From: Clostridiaceae bacterium
GTDB taxonomy: Bacteria; Bacillota; Clostridia; Oscillospirales; Acutalibacteraceae
NCBI GenBank assembly: GCA_016292575.1
Contig: JAEDIH010000001.1
Span: forward strand, 1 to 40,515
Direction of reading: 5' to 3'
DNA length: 40,515 nucleotides
Shown here: positions 17,632 through 26,538 of the stretch, one piece after another
Layout of the letters: each line of letters opens with the position of its first letter
Position numbering within the stretch: position 1 is the first letter of the stretch
The notes under the pieces: generated by a model
Told to the model about the DNA's origin: nothing
Seen by the model: the letters and a program-made list of their open reading frames with translations, nothing else
Database searches by the model: none
Made by a program: the position numbers and the translations under genes

Positions 17632-19548
17632 TTACTTGATTTTTGCGGCTTCAAAGGGTCTGCCCTCGCCCTCATAAAAGCGGCTGAACATTTCGTAAAA
17701 CTCAAGTCTCAGACCCTGTATACCCGTGAGAAGTCCCTCAAGGGCAATAACAACAATGTTGCCGAGCACCACAACTATCATGCCTTTTACGCTCGAAGTA
17801 TCGCCTGCAAGGGTGAAAACAACCATCATCATGCTCGCATGAACAATGACGAAAGCGCCGACGCGCAGGAACGAGACAGTGTTGCTGAAATACGAAAGAA
17901 TATATTCGATACATTCAAAAAGGTTCTGCAAAATAAAATCGCCGATACTGTCAGGCTTTTTGAACTTGCCCTCATCAAGGACGGGAGCAAGAAGCTCCTT
18001 GCAAAACAGAACAACCACGCCGACAAGCAGCATAACCGTGCTTATTTTGGTGGGGAAAACACCCTTGCCGGCCATGAACGAATAGGCAAGGTTTGCGCCC
18101 CCGATATAAACCACAAGCCCCGCAAGTCCGTTTTCCGAAAACAGAGCCGTTCCGAGCTTTTTCTTTTTGATGTTCGTAATTATGCTGATAACGATTGCAA
18201 GAATAACAAGCGCTACGCCGATTCCGATTGCAAAAAGCAGAACAGTGTTTATGGAATCCATGACCGAAAGCGGTTTTGATTTAAGCCCGATTGCGTGATA
18301 CACCGGATCAAGCAGCTCCTCAAAGCCGAACACGGAGCCGAAGATGAAGCCGAAGAACATTGACGAAACGCCGCACGGAACAAGAATTTTTCCAAGCTCA
18401 AGCTTTTTAAACTTCCACGCAAGCAAACCGCCGAGGGCAAGCACAAAGCCCTGACCCACATCTCCGAACATGATTCCGAACAAAAGCGTATATGTTGCGG
18501 CAACAAACGCGGTGATATCAATATCGCTGTATGACGGCAGACCGTACATCTTGACAAAATAGGTATACGGTCTTGAAAAAATCACGTTTTTAAGTCGTAC
18601 CGGCGGCGAGGAGTTCTTTTCCGGATCCTCAATTTCGGTAACAAACTCCGGATATTTTTCAAGCCTTTTTCTGAATTTTTTCTCCGCCGAAGCAGGAATC
18701 CAGCCGACGAAGAAGCAGCTTTTTTCGTGGTGAACCGCATATTTCCTAAGCTCAAAAACAGCGTTAAGCTCTTTAAGCTTAATATAAAGCGATTTAATCT
18801 TTTCGCCCTCCGTGCTCCAGATAGACTTGATTTTTTCGTCAAGCTCCTTTTGCTGCTGTTTGATAAGCTCAATGTTCTGATTGAGACTTTGAATAATGTC
18901 GTCCGTTGTTCCGACTGCGGAGGGAATGTGGAGCCGCTCAAAGTGCAGCGAGGCGAAAATACCGTCTATCTCATCCTCGCGCTCCTTTGGCGCAAAGTAT
19001 GCGCCCCAGTAGCCGGCCTCATTTGATGAGCACGGACAAAAAAGAATGTACGGATTTTCACTATATCCCTTTGTAAGCTTGAGATATCCGTCCTTGGGGA
19101 GGAAACCGAAACGCGGACAAATGAACTTGCACTCAAAAATCTCGTCAAGTCCGACATTAAGCCCCGTAAAGTGGGAGTATTTTTCAATCCCGTCTGTACA
19201 TTCTTCAAGCTGATCCGAAAGGTATTTGACCTCTTTGCCGAGTGTGTTGAGCGTTTCGCCCACTGAACTTATATACTCCTTGGAGCGCTCGTCAACAACG
19301 GTTCCCCTGATTTTTTTTGCGTCCTCATCAAGGCTCACACCGAGCGAGGACGCAAGCTCCTTGATGTTTGCAAGAATTTGGGAATACGGGTTTTCCTCAT
19401 TCAGCGCGGCGTAGCCCATTGACTGAGAGATAAAGTTGCCCGCGTATTCCGGATGGAAATTGCCGTCCGCACAGCAGGCGGTAATAAGTTTATTGAGCTG
19501 TGAGGCGGGACCGTTTATCCTCACGAACTTCATTTTTTCAATAGCCAT
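17632..19548 (-). CDS. ntpI: V/A-type ATPase subunit I (a-type stator subunit)
   Basis: 638 aa with a soluble N-terminal half and a polytopic C-terminal half ending ..LRLEFYEMFSRFYEGEG. AAGGGGG SD. Confidence 0.93.
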   Translation of the reverse strand: MAIEKMKFVRINGPASQLNKLITACCADGNFHPEYAGNFISQSMGYAALNEENPYSQILANIKELASSLGVSLDEDAKKIRGTVVDERSKEYISSVGETLNTLGKEVKYLSDQLEECTDGIEKYSHFTGLNVGLDEIFECKFICPRFGFLPKDGYLKLTKGYSENPYILFCPCSSNEAGYWGAYFAPKEREDEIDGIFASLHFERLHIPSAVGTTDDIIQSLNQNIELIKQQQKELDEKIKSIWSTEGEKIKSLYIKLKELNAVFELRKYAVHHEKSCFFVGWIPASAEKKFRKRLEKYPEFVTEIEDPEKNSSPPVRLKNVIFSRPYTYFVKMYGLPSYSDIDITAFVAATYTLLFGIMFGDVGQGFVLALGGLLAWKFKKLELGKILVPCGVSSMFFGFIFGSVFGFEELLDPVYHAIGLKSKPLSVMDSINTVLLFAIGIGVALVILAIVISIITNIKKKKLGTALFSENGLAGLVVYIGGANLAYSFMAGKGVFPTKISTVMLLVGVVVLFCKELLAPVLDEGKFKKPDSIGDFILQNLFECIEYILSYFSNTVSFLRVGAFVIVHASMMMVVFTLAGDTSSVKGMIVVVLGNIVVIALEGLLTGIQGLRLEFYEMFSRFYEGEGRPFEAAKIK

Positions 19549-19562
19549 TGAATTCGACCCCC

Positions 19563-20609
19563 TTAATCGTCAATACCGATGAGGTTTTTTTTGACCTCCT
19601 GCGCCGATACGCCGTATTTGCAGCCCTCAATAATGCGGACAAGGTTTGTTGTCTCGTCCTGGGAAAGCAACAGATAGCACAGCATTACCACCGGCGGATA
19701 AGAGGAAAATCTGATCTCTTTTTTGCAAAAGGAATGGAGAAACACCGCAAGTTCTTTTTCAAGATCCGCGTCCTTTTTTGAAGCGCTTTTATACGGCGTT
19801 TTTTCAAGCACCGCCATGAAGTCTTCAACCTTTCTGCATTCGGCAAGCTTTTTGAGCGTACTCTCGGAAAGCAGCGTTATTCCGCCCGGCGCACTAAGTG
19901 CGGAAACAAGGGCGGCAATGTTTTGCGGATAATACTTGAGCGCGCGCCAGAAAGCGGAAAGCTTTTTGCAGTCAAGACTTCTTGCCGCAACCTCGGTTAC
20001 AGCCTCACGCTCGCTCTTTGAGCCGCATTTTTTAACAAGCTTTCGGAACTCTTGCTCAAAGTATGCGTTAAAGGCGATCTCAAAGGTGAGATAGCTTTTC
20101 ATCGGATTTTCAAGGCAACGCCTGTAAAGCCTGCCGTAATCGGTTTTATCAAGCGTTTGCGCAATCTCCTCAAACGAGTTTGCCCTGCCGAGGGCAAAAA
20201 GATCAATGCTCAGGTGTTTATCAACAAACGGGTGCATCTGAAGCAGATACGACTGCGTTTTTTTTGAAAACATCAGAAGCGTGCAGCGCAAAATCTGTTC
20301 AACCTCTGTTTTTACAATAAAGTATTTGTAAAATTCGTCCCCTGTTGCAAGCTCATAGCGGCAAAGCGCGCCAAACCTTGAAAAGCGGAATTTCTGAACA
20401 AGATCCTCAAGCGTCCTCGGCGGAAAGTCGCTTAGCTCGGAATCGGAAAGTTCCTTTGCGTATTCGGTATTTGCTTTGAGACAGGACGCAATCTCGTTTG
20501 AATTCCTGCACGCAAGCAGGGCGTCATACTGCTCTTTTGAAAGCCGCTTTCCGTAGAACGATCTTGAAAGGGCAAGAACGGCATTTGAAGCCTTGGACAC
20601 ACTTTTCAC
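19563..20609 (-). CDS. ntpC: V/A-type ATPase subunit C (d/AC39-type)
   Basis: About 345 aa, helical, placed ahead of subunit I in the operon. The start is ambiguous: GTG 20609 abuts the SD GGGAGG, so the in-frame GTG at 20600 (8-nt spacing) is more likely. Confidence 0.85.
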   Translation of the reverse strand: MKSVSKASNAVLALSRSFYGKRLSKEQYDALLACRNSNEIASCLKANTEYAKELSDSELSDFPPRTLEDLVQKFRFSRFGALCRYELATGDEFYKYFIVKTEVEQILRCTLLMFSKKTQSYLLQMHPFVDKHLSIDLFALGRANSFEEIAQTLDKTDYGRLYRRCLENPMKSYLTFEIAFNAYFEQEFRKLVKKCGSKSEREAVTEVAARSLDCKKLSAFWRALKYYPQNIAALVSALSAPGGITLLSESTLKKLAECRKVEDFMAVLEKTPYKSASKKDADLEKELAVFLHSFCKKEIRFSSYPPVVMLCYLLLSQDETTNLVRIIEGCKYGVSAQEVKKNLIGIDD

Positions 20610-20631
20610 CTCCCGCGTCTTTCGGTAAAAT

Positions 20632-20943
20632 TCAACCGTTGATAATGTTTTCGACCGCCTCGTTCACCCAGCGGTCACAGTTTTCTTCAAAAACGGCGGA
20701 AAGGCGTGCAACAACCTCTTTTTCTTTTTCGGCAATCGTTTTTTCTGTTTCTTCAAGTTCTGAAAGCGCAGCCTTTTTCATTTCTTCGGACTGCTCAAGA
20801 AATTCGCGATCGTTTTCCTCGCGCAGCTTCTGTTTTTTTTCGTCAAGCTCCCTGACTGCGGCAACACGCGCTCCGGCGGCGTTTTCAACGCTCTTGCGCG
20901 CCGTTCTGTCAACCTCGATAAGCTTCTTGATAAGGTCATCCAT
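20632..20943 (-). CDS. Small coiled-coil protein, probable V/A-ATPase peripheral-stalk subunit (G/H-like)
   Basis: First gene of the operon. MDDLIKKLIEVDRTARKSVE... is highly charged and helical. ATG 20943 has GGAGG upstream; the track start at 20973 lacks an SD. Confidence 0.55.
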   Translation of the reverse strand: MDDLIKKLIEVDRTARKSVENAAGARVAAVRELDEKKQKLREENDREFLEQSEEMKKAALSELEETEKTIAEKEKEVVARLSAVFEENCDRWVNEAVENIING

Positions 20944-21019
20944 TACTGACGCCTCCTTCTGATATTGACACAAGACCCGGCAAATGAAAGAATAAAAACA
21001 TCTGCAATCTATGGCAATT

Positions 21020-21047
21020 ATTATATCACTATTTTTTATTTAATCAA
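21020..21047 (-). promoter_or_regulatory. SigmaA promoter of the V-ATPase operon
   Basis: Minus strand reads TTGATT, a 16-nt spacer, then TGa-TATAAT (extended -10). It lies about 75 nt upstream of ATG 20943. Confidence 0.6.
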
Positions 21048-21142
21048 GCGCATAAAACAAAATCCGGTATGCAAAAGCAACAATTATATTGACGAATTGC
21101 AATCATAAAATCGCTTTTCAGCCAAAACTAAAACCGTTGTCC

Positions 21143-21171
21143 TTGCATATTTAGCACCGGTGTGCTATTAT
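21143..21171 (+). promoter_or_regulatory. SigmaA promoter for the FkbM methyltransferase gene
   Basis: TTGCAT, a 17-nt spacer, then TGc-TATTAT (extended -10). Confidence 0.55.
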
Positions 21172-21201
21172 GTCATAAATTGCGGCAGACAGGTGAATAA
21201 A

Positions 21202-22254
21202 TTGACGGAAAATATCAAAGAACAAGAGCTTTGGGAAAGGCTCAAAGCAAGCAGTCTCCCCGTCCTGCTCTACGGAATGGGCAACGGTGCGGACATGATA
21301 ATTGAAGAGCTTGAAAAGCTCAATATTCATTTTGCGGATACCTTTGCAAGCGACGGCTTTGTCAGAGGTCAGTTTTTCCACGGAAAAAAGGTCATTTCAC
21401 TCTCGCAGGCGGAAGAAAAATACGGCGAATTTATAATTCTCACGACCTTTGCCGTCCACGACGAAAAAACGCTTGAGTTTATTAAAGAGCTTTCAAAAAG
21501 ACACCGGCTTTATTCCCCCACCGTACCGATTGCCGGAAAAGGTCTTTTCACTCTCGATTATATTGCAAAAAACGAGGAGCGCTTTGACCGCGCTTATTCG
21601 CTGCTTGCGGACGAAAAATCCAAAAAGACGTTTCTTGACGTTTTAAACTTTAAGGTCAGCGGAAAACCGGAATACCTTTTCGCCTGCCGGAGCGAAAAGG
21701 ACGAGGTATACAGAAACATTCTGAAGCTTTCAAAAAAGGAGAGCATTGTCGATCTCGGTGCATATGACGGAGACACGATAAGGGAATTTCTGCACTTCAC
21801 CGGCGGAGAGTACAGGCACATTTTTGCTTTTGAGCCGGACGAAAAAAACTTTAAAAAGCTTTCAAAAAAAACAGAGGGTATGAGAGCGCTCTCACTTTTC
21901 AACCTCGGCGCATGGAACAAAAAGGAGACGCTGCATTTTGAAAAAAAGGCAGGACGCAGCTCGCACAAGAGTGAAACGGGCATTCCGATAAACTTTGACA
22001 GCGTTGACAATGTTATAACAGAACCCGTAAGCTTCATCAAAATGGACATTGAGGGCGCGGAGAAAAAAGCTCTTGACGGAGCAAAAGAAACCATTAAAAA
22101 GTACAAGCCTAAGCTTTATGTCTGCGCGTACCACAGGAACGAGGACTTTTTTGCCCTGCCGGAAAAGATACTTTCGCTGAACCCCGATTACAATATTTTT
22201 CTGCGCCACCATCCATATATTCCTGCGTGGGAGACGAATTTTTACTGTGTATAA
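21202..22254 (+). CDS. FkbM-family SAM-dependent methyltransferase
   Basis: IVDLGAYDGDT, FAFEPDEKNF, NLGAWNKKETLHF and IKMDIEGAEKKAL are typical of FkbM. The start is set at TTG 21202 (AGGTGA 5-6 nt upstream) because the track start at 21160 lies inside or upstream of the predicted promoter. Confidence 0.8.
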   Translation: MTENIKEQELWERLKASSLPVLLYGMGNGADMIIEELEKLNIHFADTFASDGFVRGQFFHGKKVISLSQAEEKYGEFIILTTFAVHDEKTLEFIKELSKRHRLYSPTVPIAGKGLFTLDYIAKNEERFDRAYSLLADEKSKKTFLDVLNFKVSGKPEYLFACRSEKDEVYRNILKLSKKESIVDLGAYDGDTIREFLHFTGGEYRHIFAFEPDEKNFKKLSKKTEGMRALSLFNLGAWNKKETLHFEKKAGRSSHKSETGIPINFDSVDNVITEPVSFIKMDIEGAEKKALDGAKETIKKYKPKLYVCAYHRNEDFFALPEKILSLNPDYNIFLRHHPYIPAWETNFYCV

Positions 22255-22283
22255 ATCCGCCGCCCGCCGTGCTTCACAGGGTA

Positions 22284-22331
22284 CAAAAAAAACCGCACGA
22301 ACGCCAAAGAAAGCAAACGTGCGGTTTTTAT
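22284..22331. terminator. Bidirectional intrinsic terminator
   Basis: A8 run, then AACCGCACG-18 nt-CGTGCGGTT, then TTTTA, between convergent genes. Confidence 0.75.
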
Positions 22332-22368
22332 TATGGCAAAAGCGGCAAAAAGGCCGTTTGTTCATGTG

Positions 22369-23772
22369 TTATTCTTCTTCTGCAAGCTTTCTGCCCATAA
22401 GGACGCCCATGACCGAGGCCATCATAAGACCTCTTGTCCAGCCGCTGGAATCACCGAGACAATGGAGTCCCTTGATGCTTGTGTTGAAGTCCTTGTCCAT
22501 TTTGATGCGGTTGCTGTAGAACTTGAGCTCAGGCGAGTAAAGCAGTGTTTCCGTTGAAGCAAAGCCTTCAACAACGTGATCCATCGCTTTGATGAAATTG
22601 ATGATGTTCGTCATTGCTCTGTATGGCATTGCTGCGGTAATATCGCCTGCAACGGCGTCAGGAAGAGTGGGACGGACGTTCGACTGCATAAGCTCCTTTT
22701 CCCATGTGCGCTTTCCGTCAAGAATATCGCCGAAGCGCTGAACAAGAATGTGTCCGGTTCCGAGCATATTTGTAAGCTCGCCGACTTTTTGCGCATAGGC
22801 TATCGGCTGATTGAACGGCTGGCTGAAATTGTGCGAGCAAAGAATTGCAAGGTTGGTGTTGTCGCTTTTGAGTTCCTTGAACGAGTGACCGTTGACCACC
22901 GCAAGGTCGTTGTCATAATTCTCCTGGCTGACAAAGCCGCCCGGATTCTGGCAGAAGGTTCTGACCTTGTTTTTGAACGGCTGAGGATATCCGATAAGCT
23001 TTGATTCATACAAGGTTTCGTTGACCTTTTCCATAATTTCGTTCCTGACCTCAACGCGAACGCCGATGTCAACCGTACCGGGCTGATGAGCAATGCCGTA
23101 TTCCGCGCAGAGGGTTTCAAGCCATTCGGCTCCCCTCCTGCCGGTTGCAACAATGGTGCTGTCGGCAAAAATTTCCGTCTCGTGACCGCCCTTGCTGTCC
23201 TTGAGGCGGACGCCCTTGCATTCGCTTCCCTCAAGAATAAGGTCGCAGCATTCATAACCAAACATCATTTCAACGCCGTTTTTGAGAAGATACTGTTCAA
23301 TGGCAAAGTAGATTCCCTGCGCCTTTTCCGTACCCATGTGGCGGATCGGGCAGTCAACAAGCTTAAGACCTGCCTGAATGGCCTTGATGCGGATCTCCTT
23401 TTTTCCGAGGGTATCCTCAAGTCCTTCAATGTGCTCGTCAGCGCCGAACTCAAGGTATATTTTGTCCGCGTAATCAATGGTTTCCTGCGCCTTTTGAGCA
23501 CCGATGAGCGTTGGCAGATCTCCGCCGACTTCATAGCAAAGCGAAAGCTTTCCGTCGGAAAAAGCACCTGCGCCGGAAAAGCCGGTAGTAATGTGGCAAT
23601 ACGGCTTGCAGGAAACGCAGACCTTGGTCTTATCCTTGGGGCAGTGTCTGTTTTCAACTGCCTGTCCTTTTTCAACGATCATTATGCTCTTTTTTGAGCC
23701 TTTTTTGATCATTTCAAGCGCGGTAAAAATTCCCGCAGGGCCTGCGCCGATGATTACAACGTCTTTTTTCAT
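22369..23772 (-). CDS. NAD(P)/FAD-dependent oxidoreductase (uncharacterised FAD-dependent dehydrogenase family)
   Basis: MKKDVVIIGAGPAGIF is a dinucleotide-binding motif. AAGGAGGA SD before ATG 23772; the track N-terminal extension is rejected. Confidence 0.8.
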   Translation of the reverse strand: MKKDVVIIGAGPAGIFTALEMIKKGSKKSIMIVEKGQAVENRHCPKDKTKVCVSCKPYCHITTGFSGAGAFSDGKLSLCYEVGGDLPTLIGAQKAQETIDYADKIYLEFGADEHIEGLEDTLGKKEIRIKAIQAGLKLVDCPIRHMGTEKAQGIYFAIEQYLLKNGVEMMFGYECCDLILEGSECKGVRLKDSKGGHETEIFADSTIVATGRRGAEWLETLCAEYGIAHQPGTVDIGVRVEVRNEIMEKVNETLYESKLIGYPQPFKNKVRTFCQNPGGFVSQENYDNDLAVVNGHSFKELKSDNTNLAILCSHNFSQPFNQPIAYAQKVGELTNMLGTGHILVQRFGDILDGKRTWEKELMQSNVRPTLPDAVAGDITAAMPYRAMTNIINFIKAMDHVVEGFASTETLLYSPELKFYSNRIKMDKDFNTSIKGLHCLGDSSGWTRGLMMASVMGVLMGRKLAEEE

Positions 23773-23836
23773 AAATTGTATCCTCCTTGTAAACACAGAA
23801 ACAGCACGGTCCGAACACATCAAACCATGCTGACTC

Positions 23837-23866
23837 ATTCTACCACGAACAGCGGTGCAAAGTCAA
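23837..23866 (-). promoter_or_regulatory. SigmaA promoter for the FAD oxidoreductase gene
   Basis: Minus strand reads TTGACT, an 18-nt spacer, then TGg-TAGAAT. Confidence 0.55.
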
Positions 23867-23885
23867 GCCCGGCGCCGTGTTTCTC

Positions 23886-23914
23886 TTGACTATTTTTGCT
23901 GATAATAGTATAAT
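23886..23914 (+). promoter_or_regulatory. SigmaA promoter upstream of rfbC
   Basis: TTGACT, a 17-nt spacer, then TATAAT. Confidence 0.65.
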
Positions 23915-23928
23915 CCGAAAGAAAGATA

Positions 23929-23977
23929 ACCGCCGCAAACCGGTCAGAGCAATCAATCGGCGGTATTTGAGTTTTTG
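23929..23977 (+). promoter_or_regulatory. Terminator-like hairpin within the rfbC leader (possible attenuator)
   Basis: ACCGCCG-22 nt-CGGCGGT followed by ATTTGAGTTTTTG. It lies between the predicted transcription start (about 23921) and ATG 23998. Confidence 0.4.
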
Positions 23978-23997
23978 TGAAAGGTCTGTTTTATATT

Positions 23998-24555
23998 ATG
24001 GAAATCAGAGAGACTTTCATTCCGGAAGTCAAGCTCGTTATTCCGGACGTTTTTGGCGATAACCGAGGCTGGTTCTATGAATCCTATAACTATGAAAAGT
24101 TCAAAGCGCTCGGTATTGACACGGTTTTTCTTCAGGACAACCGCTCGTTTTCCCAAAAGAAAGGCACGCTGCGCGGTCTGCACTTTCAAAAAGCTCCAAA
24201 GGCGCAGGCAAAGCTCCTTTGCTGCACAAGGGGCGAAATTCTGGACGTTGCCGTTGATCTTAGAAAAGGCTCGCCGACATACCTTAAATGGGTCAGCGCC
24301 CGCCTTTCCGAGGAAAACAAGCGCTTCCTTTATATTCCTAAAGGCTTTGCCCACGGCTTTGTAACGCTGACAGACAACGTTGAGGTGCTGTATAAGGTTG
24401 ATGACTACTACTCAAAGGAAAACGACCGCAGCATTCGCTTTGACGATGAAAGCATCGGCGTGGATTGGGGCATAACCGAGCCGATTCTTTCCCAAAAGGA
24501 CAGCAGCGCGCCGTTTCTCAAAGACAGCGACATTAACTTTGTTTACGGAGAGTGA
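23998..24555 (+). CDS. rfbC: dTDP-4-dehydrorhamnose 3,5-epimerase
   Basis: MEIRETFIPEVKLVIPDVFGDNRGWFYESYN...LRGLHFQ...AKLLCCTRGEILDVAVDLR...GFAHGF are canonical RmlC motifs. Confidence 0.93.
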   Translation: MEIRETFIPEVKLVIPDVFGDNRGWFYESYNYEKFKALGIDTVFLQDNRSFSQKKGTLRGLHFQKAPKAQAKLLCCTRGEILDVAVDLRKGSPTYLKWVSARLSEENKRFLYIPKGFAHGFVTLTDNVEVLYKVDDYYSKENDRSIRFDDESIGVDWGITEPILSQKDSSAPFLKDSDINFVYGE

Positions 24556-24559
24556 GAAA

Positions 24560-25396
24560 ATGATTCTTGTAACAGGCGCCAACGGTCAGCTCGGCGGTGA
24601 TGTTTGCAGCATTTTGAAAAGCCAAAACAAAGACTGTATTCCGACCGACGCTGACACGCTCGACATCACAGACGAAAAGAGCGTCAAAGCTTTTTTTGAA
24701 ACGCACTGCATTGACGCCGTGATTCATTGCGCGGCGTACACAGCCGTTGACAAAGCCGAGGACGAAAGGGAAAAGTGCTTCCTTATCAACGAAGCCGGAA
24801 CGCAAAACCTTGCGCTCTGCGCAGGAGCAAACGGAGCAAAAATGCTCTATGTCAGCACGGACTACGTCTTTAACGGCGAGGGGCAGACGCCCTTTGACGT
24901 AAACGACCCAAAAGGACCGCTCAACGTCTACGGCGAAAGCAAGCTGAGAGGTGAAAAGGCAGTGCTTGAAAGCTGCAAAAGGGCTTTTGTTGTCAGAACG
25001 TCATGGGTATTCGGCGAAAAGAACACGAATTTTATTGCAACAATGCTCCGGCTTTCGGAAACACACGATGAAGTAAACGTTGTCTGCGACCAGATAGGCT
25101 CCCCAACTTATTCAAAGCACCTTGCAAGGCTGCTTTGCAAGATGATTTCAACCGAAAGGTTCGGCATTTATCACGCGACAAACGAGGGGTTCTGCTCCTG
25201 GGCAGAGCTTGCGCGTGAGGTTTTTTCTGTTGCCGGCAAGACAACAAAGGTCAATTCGGTTTTATCTTCCGAATATAAAACCAAAGCAAAAAGACCGCTC
25301 AACTCCCGCCTTTCAAAAATTTCCCTTGACAAAAGCGGATTTGGAAGGCTTCCGGAATGGAAAGCAGCAGTAAAAGAATATATTTTAAATATGTAA
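24560..25396 (+). CDS. rfbD: dTDP-4-dehydrorhamnose reductase
   Basis: MILVTGANGQLG..., STDYVFNG and YGESKLRGE (YxxxK) are canonical RmlD motifs. GGAGAG SD. Confidence 0.93.
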   Translation: MILVTGANGQLGGDVCSILKSQNKDCIPTDADTLDITDEKSVKAFFETHCIDAVIHCAAYTAVDKAEDEREKCFLINEAGTQNLALCAGANGAKMLYVSTDYVFNGEGQTPFDVNDPKGPLNVYGESKLRGEKAVLESCKRAFVVRTSWVFGEKNTNFIATMLRLSETHDEVNVVCDQIGSPTYSKHLARLLCKMISTERFGIYHATNEGFCSWAELAREVFSVAGKTTKVNSVLSSEYKTKAKRPLNSRLSKISLDKSGFGRLPEWKAAVKEYILNM

Positions 25397-25401
25397 CTAA
25401 A

Positions 25402-25444
25402 AATTCCGCAGAAAGCTGTTGCCTACTGCGGAATTCGTATTTTC
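25402..25444. terminator. Intrinsic terminator between convergent rfbD and the panE-like gene
   Basis: AATTCCGCAG-14 nt-CTGCGGAATT (10 bp) followed by CGTATTTTC. Confidence 0.7.
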
Positions 25445-25455
25445 AATCGAGTATT

Positions 25456-26472
25456 TCATCTTTTCAGCGATGCGAAAAGTCTGACATTATCAAACGACGG
25501 TCTGTATTTTCCGTCTTCAATGCCGTGAATAACCTCGCAGACCTTGTCGTTATACGGAGTTTTCACGCCGTACTTTTTGCCGTAGGCGCAGACAACGCCG
25601 TTGATTGCGTCAACCTCGCACTTTTTGCCCTTTTCAAGATCCTGGAGCATACTCGCCTTGAGCGCGGCGTGCTTTTTGATGCAGAGGGGAATGAGAATAT
25701 AGGCAAACTTCTTTTTGAGCGGATTGCTGTAGTCAAGAAGCTTTACTATGTCCTTGCCTTGAACGGGTTCAATTTTGATTCCGGCAACGGCGGCAACGTC
25801 AATGCACTCCTTAATAATGCTCTGGCAGCAGACGCGCGAATCCCTGCGGTTCGCAGCATCGCCGAAAGTTCCGCCGGTCACAGCAGACATTCCGCTGAAA
25901 GCGGCGTTGATAAGAAGCTTTGACCAGCGCACACCCATGAAGTTATCTTCAATGACAACGGGACACATTTTTTCAAGCACAGACTTGACATACATAAGCT
26001 TTTCGTCCTTTTTGCCGTTCATGCGACCGAGACCGAAGCTCATGCTGTCCGGCTCGCTGGTAAGCTCGGAAACGCCGTGACCGTGGAGTGTTGCGCCCCA
26101 GGCAACGGTGCAGCCCATTGTTCTGTCCTCGCCGACAACCTCGGAAACGGAAAGCTCCGGAAGTCCGTTCTGCATTGTGCAAACAATGCAGTCATCCGTC
26201 ATGTTCTTTTTGAGGTTTTCAAGAATACTCTTATTCTCAAGCTGCTTTGTCAGAAGAAAGATAAGCTCATATTTTTCCGTCATTTCATCGGGAGTCAAGG
26301 CGTGCACGGGGACGGTCATGCTCACCTTTCCGATGATTTTTGCGCCGTCACGATTGAGCGAATCAACGTGCTCCTTGTTCCGAGTGATGAGGTCAACGCT
26401 CACACCGGCTTTTGAAAGATATGCGCCGAGAACGGTTCCGAGCGAGCCTGCGCCGTAGATTGCGATTTTCAT
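25456..26472 (-). CDS. panE: Ketopantoate reductase (PanE/ApbA) family protein
   Basis: MKIAIYGAGSLGTVLGAYLSKAG is a Rossmann motif, and the length and layout fit 2-dehydropantoate 2-reductase-like proteins. Confidence 0.75.
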   Translation of the reverse strand: MKIAIYGAGSLGTVLGAYLSKAGVSVDLITRNKEHVDSLNRDGAKIIGKVSMTVPVHALTPDEMTEKYELIFLLTKQLENKSILENLKKNMTDDCIVCTMQNGLPELSVSEVVGEDRTMGCTVAWGATLHGHGVSELTSEPDSMSFGLGRMNGKKDEKLMYVKSVLEKMCPVVIEDNFMGVRWSKLLINAAFSGMSAVTGGTFGDAANRRDSRVCCQSIIKECIDVAAVAGIKIEPVQGKDIVKLLDYSNPLKKKFAYILIPLCIKKHAALKASMLQDLEKGKKCEVDAINGVVCAYGKKYGVKTPYNDKVCEVIHGIEDGKYRPSFDNVRLFASLKR

Positions 26473-26488
26473 TTTCAGTTCTCTCCTT

Positions 26489-26525
26489 TAAAAAAAATCC
26501 CTCTCACCGAAAAAGCAAGAGGGAT
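26489..26525 (-). terminator. Intrinsic terminator after tsf
   Basis: Minus strand reads ATCCCTCT-13 nt-AGAGGGAT followed by a T8 run. The T-tract runs directly into the panE SD (AAAGGAGAG). Confidence 0.75.
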
Positions 26526-26538
26526 ATAAAAAATTCAA

